Origin: the human T2T-CHM13v2.0 reference genome, Homo sapiens | DNA length: 64,000 nt | Direction: 5' to 3' (one strand) | Assembly: GCF_009914755.1 (NCBI RefSeq) | Contig: NC_060947.1 | In this document: in pieces, positions 53,691 to 64,000 of the stretch | Layout: each line of letters begins with the position of its first letter | Numbering within the stretch: position 1 is the stretch's first letter | Position numbers and translations under genes: made by a program | Notes under the pieces: generated by a model | The model's database searches: none | Told to the model about the DNA's origin: nothing | The model's input: only the letters and a program-made list of their open reading frames with translations

Positions 53691-53844
53691 ATGGGAAAAA
53701 ATAAACATGTAAAATTATTTTTCAAAAAAATATAACTGTTAGAACCAACTAGCAGCAATAAATATTCAATTACGATGTTTAGTACTAAGAAGTAAACTTT
53801 AAAAATTGCTTACAAAACGTAAGAATTAAGAATAATACATTTCT

Positions 53845-54113
53845 TCTTTCCTTTTTTGAGACAGGTCTCACTCTGTAATCACAGCTCACTGTAGCCTCAG
53901 TCTCCCTGGGATAAGGTATCTTCCCACCTCAGCCTCCCAAGTAGCCGAGACCACAGATGTGCACCACCACATCAGGCTAATTTTTGTCTTTTTTGTAGAG
54001 AAGGAGTTTCACCATGTTGCCCAGGCTGGCCTTGAAGTCCTGGGCTCAAGTGATCTGCTTGTCTCAGCCTCCCAAAGTGCTAGGATTACAGGCGTGAGCC
54101 ACCATGCCTGGCC
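53845..54113 (-). mobile_element. AluJ-type element with a small internal deletion
   Basis: Antisense Alu ending gagccaccatgcctggcc. Confidence 0.85.
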
Positions 54114-55704
54114 AATGATAAATTTCAGCAACAAAATTTAATATTATAAATGTTGATCTATTTTAATGCAACAGCCAGAAGCCAGCAACTGATTTCCTTT
54201 GTAAAGCTCTCTACAAAAAGACCATGTCCTATTCATTGCCATACCCACAAGGCCTGCAATACCAATACTTGGTATGTAGTAAGAGCTCAAAAAAGTGTTT
54301 CAAATTAACTAATTCAGAATTATTTTTTCAGAGTATGACAATGTTACCATATTGAAAACAAACGGTCATACATAAAAGCTTTAAAGACTTGGAAAAAAAA
54401 TCATACATACAAACTATGTTTTAGTACAGTAGGTAAATGATCCAGGGATGGTTACGAAAAAGTTCAGTCCTTAAATAATTGTTCAAATCATATTTCTGGG
54501 CCTTAGTTTCCTAGCCTGAAGAATGAAAACATGGCAATACCCAAATTCTAAAAATCTTTAATGGTTTAAAATTTTTTTATGATTATACCTAGGAGTATCA
54601 TAAACTCTTCTTTATCTTTCACAATGAAAAACTAAAAACTTTGATGGTACAAATACCTAAAAATTATACCCATATTTTAAAATGTATATTTGTAAATATA
54701 TTTTATTCACTACTAACCATGATTATATCCAAGTATGTGGGATTTTAAAATTTGAGTTACAGCATGATATTCATTTCTACTCAGTTGTTAATCTTAGATG
54801 TTAAAGATAATGAATGACAGACATATATAAAGATATATTTTATTTATAATTCAATTATAGAAAAAGGTTCTAGTTCAATGTTGCACGTCTGTGCTCTTCC
54901 TTTTCATATTTAATTATTAATATTTCCATCTATCGTCAAAGTAAATGAGTCATATCTTGCCAAGAAAGGCATTTGACTGCCTTTGGCATTTCAGGCTAAC
55001 TTGGATCTTAATGTTTTCGAATTAGCAATGTATCCAGAACTTTTGTAAGGCTATTAAAATGAGTAAAATGATTCCAAATGTTTTAAATGAAGGAAATAGC
55101 GTTTCTCATTTGTTTTGTGAGGGGGAGAAATTTATCTTTACCTCAAAATTAAGCTCTGATCACGGAACATAACTATTATGTTAAATATATATTAGTTTAT
55201 TTGTATATGGTCTACATTTAACATGTTATCCTAAAAAAAACATTATGTATTCAACTTAAAAGCAAGAATAGCAAGAAAATGGACGGACCTCAAGACTATA
55301 AAATATTCATGTAGTTTTCTAAGTGCTCCAAAAAAGAAAGATAACACCTTTGTGCTTTAATATTTGTTAATTTAACACTACATTTGTTAATTTAACTTGT
55401 TTAGATATATATGACCATTTTATAATCACAAATACCTGTGACTAGTTTCATTTATCTTGAAAATTATACAGCTGTGTGTGTTTAAAATTTTTTCAGAAAT
55501 GAAAATGTGAGATAGTACTAATCACAACAAAAAGTATACCTTTTTAAACCATAAAGAAAATCCCAAAGCCCTTAATAAAGTAGAACACATTTTAGAATAG
55601 AATTTAAAATGTTAAGTAAAGATCTTGAAACATCACTTAAAATATCAAACTACTATACTATCGTACAGTAAATTGATATTACTACAGCACTTGAAAGACT
55701 ATAG

Positions 55705-55885
55705 GGCTTTATTATTCAAGTTGGCTATTGGACCAGCATCACTTGGAAGTTTGTTAGAAATGCGGAATCTCAGACCCCACACATGACCTATTGAATCAAT
55801 CTGTACTTCGTTAACAAAATCCCTAGGTGATCCATACTGATCCATATGGATTTCTTAAAATCCAAAGTTTAAGAATCACTGCCCT
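55705..55885. mobile_element. MER5A-like hAT DNA element
   Basis: ggaccagcatcacttggaagtttgttagaaatgcggaatctcag...aaagtttaagaatcactg. Confidence 0.7.
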
Positions 55886-57022
55886 AAGGTATTATTTTAA
55901 TTACTACTTCATAAATTATACAAAATCACTTTGTGTTTATTTGAATTGGAAATGAATATCTGAAGTTTTATAACACTCAATTTGCTATTGAAAAATCTAT
56001 TTCTATTTATCGTTTACACATGTACATACCCAATACATTTCTCACCTATTTAGGTAGATAATTAATTGATGCATATCAATAGACTAGAGTAAAAATAAAT
56101 TTATTTTTCTCTAACCATAAATGGCAGGGTACTCAAAATAAAGTATCCAAGAAATGAGGAAAATATGCAATAATTTAAATTTTTAAATTATCATATTTTA
56201 AAGAAACTTCTGTTTTTATTTTGGTAACTTTCAAATTATTCAATCACCAACCTTCCATCCTAAACTCTTTATGTAAGAATTCTCATAACTTCTGAACTCT
56301 GGTTTTCCAATGCAAATGCAATAAGATTCTACTTTGCTAAAACAACTGGAGCCTTACATGAAACATACACACACACAGACACACTACTACTGTGGAAATT
56401 CTAAGCTATTTAAACACTGTAAGCATAAGGATATTTTTCATGCTTTAAAATACAGGATTAGAAAAGTTTATGCCTTAAGAAGTAGATGACATTCGATATT
56501 TTCCAATTTACCAATTCCAGAATATATCTGGGCATTTCCACATGAATCTAATATACAGTAAATGTATCAGTACCCTGGAGTGCTCTGGATAGTGAGATAG
56601 GTTCCTGAGAATTCTAGGACCATTCCATGTAGTGTACCAAAACTGTACATTTACTGAAGGAGAAAACAAGCTTAGTACCATTATCTAAAGATAATTCAAA
56701 ATTCTGTGATGAACTTAGAATCATTTTCAAACAACTTACACCAAATATTTACTTACTTAAGTACTTGTTTAAATCTGAAAGTTTAGGATGAGTAACTATA
56801 AAACAGGGAATAATATTATCTTCAATAACATTTACCTGGATGACTTTCTACTTGTAGGGTAAATCACAATTACAAATTAATAAAAGTTATTTTAATAAAA
56901 TATGTGGATTTTTAAAATATTAAATTTACCTGAAAAAAGAAAGATTAATTTTTTATCATACAGCTTAAGGGCAATTCAATAATATACCTTTCACTAAAAC
57001 TACAATAAAATTAATCACAATT

Positions 57023-57329
<307 letters not shown>

Positions 57330-57371
57330 TTACCTATTCTACATTTATTTAACATAAGGTTCTCTTATATT

Positions 57372-57691
<320 letters not shown>

Positions 57692-57790
57692 TTATATAGT
57701 TTATCTAACATAAAGGCAATATTATTTGGTGAGGATATCATAAAAATTATTGTTATTTAAAGAAAATACTACCTACTGAAAATGACATAT

Positions 57791-57937
57791 TGTGAACCCC
57801 AAATATCTGAGACAGCTCTCAGTTAATTTAGACAGTTTATTTTGCCAAGGTTGACAACACAGAACACCCCAAAAGGGGTGAGTGATGCCTTTGTTCTGAA
57901 TTTTTTAAAGTGGTTCAAGTCATTAGAAGCCTCCTCT

Positions 57938-57974
<37 letters not shown>

Positions 57975-59153
57975 GTACTGCAAATGGCAAAAAATAGGGT
58001 GGAAGAAAAGTAAATGAAAGAATGTTTGTTTTTCAAGACAGGAAGCAACACAGAAACCAAGTGCACGGTTTTTTTTTTTCCTCTTTTGCAGCTGCAAGGA
58101 ATTTTAGACAAATTAGAGAGGCTTTCTTACCCATAATTTGGAATCCTCACTCAGATTTGACGAAATCAGGTAGAGATGGTCAAATCTGATGGGAGAAAGA
58201 CCAGAACAAACAACAACAAAAAACCCAACAATATGATCACTGAGTGCTCTAATGGTAAGGAGAAATTAAAACCAGCTGGTTGTTAATTTTAGTCAAATCA
58301 AAACCTCAATTCAGTTACTTACCTAGGGATGGGTCTCAGGCTGAACAATGTTCTCTACCATCCTAAAAGCACGAAAAAACTCAATCCCATCTTCCCTGTT
58401 GGGAGCGAGCTCAGACTCCATAAAGGATTACCTGCCTTCCATTGTCATGGAAGCAGGAAATCTTCCCTTCCTTGTTGGGAGCAAGTAAAACTCCAAAAAA
58501 GGGAATCATACAGCAAAATAAACTTTAGATTTCGACCAGATTTTGGGAGATCAGGGATTCTCTGGAGGGGGTGCTCCCAGACCTCAGCAAATTGCCTTAT
58601 TCGTTTGAGCCATACAGTTAGCTCATGTTGGTACCAAGCACCAATAAGAGATTTGTCAAAGGTCAGGGGTACCTCCAATCAGAATCCCTTCATGGTTACC
58701 AAATGTGAAGCCTGAATATCTGAGAGAGGTCTCAGTTAATTTAGAAAGTTTATTCTGCCAAGGTTGAGGATGGTGCCTGTGACACAGCCTCAGGCAGTCC
58801 TGATGACCTGTGCCCAAGGTGATCAGAGCACAGCTTGGTTTTATACATTTTAGGGAGACACAAGACATCAATCAACATATGTAAGACAAATATTATTTCA
58901 GTCCGGAAAGGCGGGAAAACTGGAAGTGAGGAGGGGGCTTCCAGGTCATAGGTAGATAAGAGACAAATGGTTGCATTCTCTTAAGTTTCTGATTAGCCTC
59001 TCCAAAGGAGGCAATCAGATAGGCATTTATCTCAGTGAGCAGAGTGATGACTTTGAATAGAACTGGAGGTAGGTTTCTCCTAAGCAGTTCCCAGCTTGAC
59101 CTTCTCCTTTAGCTTAGTGATGTTGGGGCCCCAAGATTTATTTTCCTTTCACA
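57791..59153 (-). mobile_element. Internally deleted MER4A-type ERV1 provirus (5' LTR 58704-59153, leader 57855-58703, 3' LTR stump 57791-57854)
   Basis: 57791-57854 repeats 58704-58767; 4-bp TSD ATAT (57787-57790 / 59154-59157); PBS TGGTAACCATGAAGGGAT at 58684-58701 resembles a CpG-decayed tRNA-Arg PBS. Confidence 0.85.
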
Positions 59154-59364
59154 ATATAAAGTGAATCTGGACCTCTAAACCACTTACTTTGAATATTCCC
59201 TCAAAGTCTGGCTATTTTTCTACACTAGGGAACACAGACACCATCTATCAAATGCTGACAAAAAATGGATGATGTGATGGTAAGAAAGGAGGTAGAGAGG
59301 GAGAAAAGAAATACCAGACTTAAATTTTTTCTTTCAACTTTATCCACAGTTTGCATCGGTAATA

Positions 59365-61924
59365 TACATTTAAGTGTTCCATTTATTTTTAAATGCATCA
59401 GAAAAGCAATTATGATAGATCTGTGACCAATACAAACATTTCTGATTTATTCAAAAAATTCAGTTAAAAAAGTCATTAAACTAGCATTCTGTAAAGATAA
59501 TTATTAAACAAATGGTAATGCATTTTTACTCCTTATTTCATTTCTAACATACCCAATGTCACTTCTTTCTTGTGCCATACAGTAATAAAATGTAACAGAA
59601 ATAGATATCTATTAAATTTTGGGGGCCTAATAAAATATTTTTGATTATTCAACTGTCATTAAATCACAAATCCCACTCAAGTAATGAAAATCATTCTTAA
59701 TTCAATAACTGATGAAATAGATAATAGCCATAAAAACATTTAGAATAAATTTTACACTTAGAAACTACTAAAAGAAATACATCAGAGCCTTGGTATAACA
59801 TTGTAGGGGACCATGCTGTGAAACTGCTTTAGACGTGGTGTTGCCATTTGGCACAAGAGTAAATGAACTGCCATGATGTGGACCTCAGAGAAGCCCATCT
59901 TAAATTGAATTTTGCTCTGCAGTAAAGAATGCTACAGTGAGGTTCTGCTGTATTTTCTTTTTAAAGGAATAATTAACTGAAAAGTAACTGAAATGTTATA
60001 AGAAAATGGCCTACAATTTCACTACTACTTCAAAGATATGAAACAGGACAACACTTGTAAAATAATTCATACTAGATTGATTAATCAGAGACTATCATAA
60101 CACCTATGAAAGCAGTATGAATGATTGCTGTGTTTTTAATGGTCACTTAATTTGTAATGCTGTCAAATTTCTACATAAAAAGTCATTAACTAAGGTATTT
60201 ATTTGCCATTTCTTACATATATTACCCAAGTTTTCACTAGGGAGATTATGTCAGCGAGTTTTTTTTTTATCCAACTAAAAAATTAACAACTAATGAGGTC
60301 AAATATTTAAAATAATAAATTACTAATAATTTAATTCTTAAACCATATACTCATAGAAGCTTTAATTCTTTAAAAGCTCCAATTTGACCCTTGGGGAATG
60401 TAATGAACACATCTGTATTCTAAAGCCAAAATTTAATTCTATGGCTTCATGCCAACTGATCAAAAAAAGTACAGTTGTTCCTATACCATTTGGCACACTA
60501 GTTTTTTACCTTTTATATATACCCTTTGAAATACCCAGGCCAACATTTTTAATAAGTTGCATCCATATTAAGAGGTAACAAGTGCAAATGATCACATACT
60601 TAAGATATGATGCTTGCTTGGTTACTACAAAAGTAATTATTCAGGTTCTTCTATAGGAAACTCAGTTATTCATTACAGTAATGTTTTTGAAAAATTCCTG
60701 CAATACCACCAATGTAAATTTACCCATACCTAAGTTAAAACAAGGACTTTGTGTAACACAGTATCTCATGAAAATATTTATAGAAGAGTCTGTGTTTAAT
60801 TTAACATCAAAGTAATTGAAGATCACAAGGTTTACAGGATTCACAAATGGCCAGATTTTGAGTAAAAACCTATTCCTCAACTGCTGCTCTCTGAGTATAG
60901 CTAAAGGCAGCACTGATAGAATGCTGCTCAAAGGGAAGATATAAACCCAAACTTTGGCAGTTTTATCAAAATGTCCTTGATAATTAGTACTTCACTAGTT
61001 CTCAAAAACTTTACTGCTTTGTGTAACATTTTCAATACAGAAATAAAATACTCTTCAAATAATACATTTTAAAAGATGATTAAGTTTCACAAAATTAAAT
61101 AGCATAAATTAATCATATTAACATTGGTATTTTTGACAACATGAAATAACCAATTTAAGGGAAACTGCAATGGACTAACTAAAAAACCACAAATGTCACA
61201 ATGTGAGGCTCATTTAAATCCTCACATATTACTGACTTTACAAAATCTACTAAAATATTTTAAAGTTCCATTGACTCTATTAATACATTTAAAAAATTGC
61301 AAAAATGCTTAAGACTATGTAAGAGTCATCAATTACACAGGCACTTCACATGTAAACAATCTACAGTACAACTGAAAATATTTTGGCACCAACCTATAAT
61401 ACTAAAAGAATTTAATATAAAGCCAGAATTGTTTTTTCTACTCCTTTTTTCTAGAAAACTAAGACCAAAGATTGAAGAAATTGTGTATAAACTAGAATTA
61501 GAAGTGTATTAAATAACTCAAATATAGAATTGCTCTAAATTGCTAAAAAAAATTACCTTTATCCAGATGTTTACTAATATGCTATGATGTAAAAAAATTA
61601 AACCTAATGTGATTATTAAATTGAAACTACATTTTAAATTTAGTATCAGTCTGCTTTCTGAAAAATAATCAAGATTATCAACTGACTTAGTAAAAAGAGA
61701 ATTTGAGTTTATCAAATACTCTTATTAAGTTAATCCAGTTTTCCCCCAAAGAAGTTCGGGCAATTCAATGTTTAAGTTTGATGTTTCAATGTAATTTTTT
61801 TAAAATCCTAAGGCGTGACCTAAGGCAAACTATTTTTGACGGAATATTCTTATTCATGAATTTGAAATATTTGAAATCACTTCAAATAAATGAAACTATA
61901 CACTTAGAATTTTAAAATGTTATA
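59365..61924 (-). other. LRCH2: 3'UTR of LRCH2 (end inferred from poly(A) signals)
   Basis: ~2.5 kb repeat-free AT-rich sequence following the stop codon, with multiple miRNA 8mer sites. Confidence 0.7.
59382..59451 (-). terminator. Two AATAAA polyadenylation signals for the minus-strand gene
   Basis: tttatt at 59382-59387 and 59446-59451, at the end of a repeat-free AU-rich tract. Confidence 0.6.
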
Positions 61925-62044
61925 TTAAGCCACAGAAAGCTGAGATGCCTTGGTTGTTGGTAATTCAAGGAGCGCCTGAACTGTGACACCAACTTTCACA
62001 AGTCCTCGTTCTTCCAAAATATGATGAGGCAAACAAAGTCTTTC
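61925..62044 (-). CDS. LRCH2: Last coding exon of leucine-rich repeat and calponin homology domain protein 2 (end of the CH domain)
   Basis: Acceptor tctttttttttctccAG|GAA; phase-0 reading ERLCLPHHILEERGLVKVGVTVQALLELPTTKASQLSVA-TAA, recognised as the LRCH-family C-terminus; too short for the ORF track. Confidence 0.88.
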   Translation of the reverse strand, partial: ERLCLPHHILEERGLVKVGVTVQALLELPTTKASQLSVA

Positions 62045-62244
62045 CTGGAGAAAAAAAAGAGATATTTGAACATTCATTTTTTAGAAGTGTAATAAAATTA
62101 AGTCAGAATTTGATTTTAAAAACATGATTTCTATAAAATGTCAAGAAAACTACATAATTCTAAGTTTTCTCTTATAAATATTGTAATCTAAAATGTTTTT
62201 AGATTCTTAATTTATACTAAGAAAAAAGATTATAGAAGTCGGCC

Positions 62245-63075
62245 TTGTTTGAAATGCTGTCATTCCACACTTGTACCTCTTTCTCTACAAAGAAAATGTT
62301 TATAAAAGAGTTGGTCACCACTTTTGGATTTCCCACTCACTACTCAACCACTGCTATCTTACATCTAACCCTAAAGCATATGCCCACTAAAACTATTTTA
62401 GTAAAAATCACCAATGCCATCTTAAATGTCAAATGTTGCACATGTCTAGTTGACTGCTCAGTCATATTATGCCTTTGATTAATGCCTTTCTGGGAACCTT
62501 ACTCCTCCCCTGTCTTGTGTGACACCATTCTTTTCTACTTCAACTTTTCTGACAGCAATTGTGCAGTAGCTTTCATTAATTAGCCCTCACCGATCCTCTT
62601 CCAACATTCCAAATGTTTCCAAGGGTTCTGTCTTCACTCTCTTCTCTTTTACACTATACCCTCTCTTTTGGTATTCTCATCTATTTCTAGTTTTAACTAC
62701 CCCTTCCATACCGATGGCTTCCAAGTTTTTATTTCCTCCCAAGATCTCTCTATTGATCTCCAAATACAATATCAACTGGACACAGCCAAATGGACATCTA
62801 ACAGACATATCAAAATCAATGTGTCCACAACAGAACTACTTTACCAAATTAATTTGCCCTTCTGCGATCCATGTCTTAGTAATACACTATTCAATCTCCA
62901 TTGACAAACCTGTGAAATATAATAGTCTTCCTCTTTCTTCCTTACTCCCATAACCCATTCTCCAAATACTAATGATGGTATCCCATAAAGAGTTCTCAAA
63001 ATTATTGCCTCATCTCCATCTTCACTGCTATATTTGTTGCCCTCTTAATATTTTGCTTATTTATTCAAATAACCA
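62245..63075 (+). mobile_element. LINE-2 fragment in the last LRCH2 intron
   Basis: tcaccaatgccatctt...gatggcttccaagtttttatttcc...tggacatctaacagacatatcaaaatcaatgtgtcc. Confidence 0.65.
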
Positions 63076-63079
63076 CTGA

Positions 63080-64000
63080 AGTGTATGCTAGAAAAGAAGG
63101 AAGGCTTCAAATCAATGACTTCAGCTTCCACCCTAGAAACTAAAAAAAGAAGAGCAAATTAAACCAATGGCAAAAGAATGGTGCAAATAATGAGAATGAG
63201 AGAGGAAAACAATAAAGTAAAAAAACAAAAAACAATAGATAAAAAAAATCAATGCAACCCAAAGTTAGTTCATTTAGAAGATTTTTAAAAATTCATAAAC
63301 CTCAAGCTAGGCTAATCAGGAAGGAAAGAGAGAATACACAAATTACCAATATCATAAATAAGGGAAGTGACACCACAAGATATTCTACAAATACCAAAAT
63401 GATAATAAGGAGACATTATAAATAACTTCATAATAATAGTTTGACAAGTTAGATGAAATGGATGAATTCTTTGAAAGAATAATTAAATGATTCTGTAAAG
63501 AGAAACTCCTAAGGCACAGAAACACACACAAAAAAACTATTATAGAACTAATAAATGAGTTCTGCAAGGTTGCAGAATACAAGATCAATAAAAGAAAATC
63601 ACTTCTATTTCTATGAAGTAGCAATAAAAAATTGACAGTGGAATTAAAGAAATAATTATATTTATAATAGTACCAAAGAGAATAAAATACTAAGCATTTA
63701 ATTTAACAAATCTAATGAAAGACTCATACACTGAAAACTACAAAACACTGTTGGAATAAAAATTAAAAGATATAAATAAATGGAAAGATGTCTCATGTTA
63801 ATGGATCACAGGAATAAACATTGTGAAGATGACAATATTCCCCAAATCATTTTAGATTCGGTAATCCCAGCAAAATCCCAAGTGGCTTTTTTGCAGAAAT
63901 TGACAAGCTAATCAATCCTAAAATTGATATGGAAATGCAAGGGACTCAGTATAGCCAAAACAACCTTGATACAGAACAAATGTGGAAGACTCACACTTCT
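63080..64000 (+). mobile_element. Old L1M ORF2 remnant in the last LRCH2 intron
   Basis: caaatcaatgacttcagcttccacc...gaaatggatgaattc...gaaaactacaaaacactg; runs off the window. Confidence 0.75.

Noticed and set aside
58329-58871. ORFs of 71-128 aa in the MER4 region
   Set aside because: Leader/LTR sequence with no gag/pol/env motifs
60384-61915. Short ORFs within the LRCH2 3'UTR
   Set aside because: Low-complexity AT-rich chance ORFs, mostly with non-ATG starts and no homology

Overview
Primate (very likely human) genomic DNA, mostly intergenic and dominated by transposable elements (L1 alone is roughly 23 kb by my count). The right end carries the last coding exon (61925-62044, minus strand; ERLCLPHHILEERGLVKVGVTVQALLELPTTKASQLSVA*) and a ~2.5 kb 3'UTR of a gene I recognise as LRCH2, which would place the window on Xq23. 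Two processed pseudogenes lie head-to-head about 4 kb apart: a KRAB-C2H2 zinc-finger retrocopy (minus) fused directly to an L1 3' end, and a YAP1 retrocopy (plus). The most striking observation is the YAP1 retrocopy. It is bounded by a target-site duplication and has its first exons spliced together, but it leaves YAP1 coding sequence right after the second-WW-domain exon at a GT donor-like site and runs ~110 nt to an AATAAA. It therefore looks like a fossil of an intronically polyadenylated YAP1 mRNA encoding TEAD-binding + WW domains without the transactivation domain. Also present: two full-length but disabled L1s (one with an intact ORF0), a twin-primed L1, a complete THE1B, a collapsed MER4A provirus, an LTR12F with a 1.3 kb CCAAT array, Tigger1, MER47A, Alus, MIR/L2 relics, and three miR-96-type 8mer sites in the LRCH2 3'UTR. 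No rRNA, tRNA or CRISPR features were seen. Gene, repeat-subfamily and miRNA identities come from recall of consensus sequences, not from database searches.
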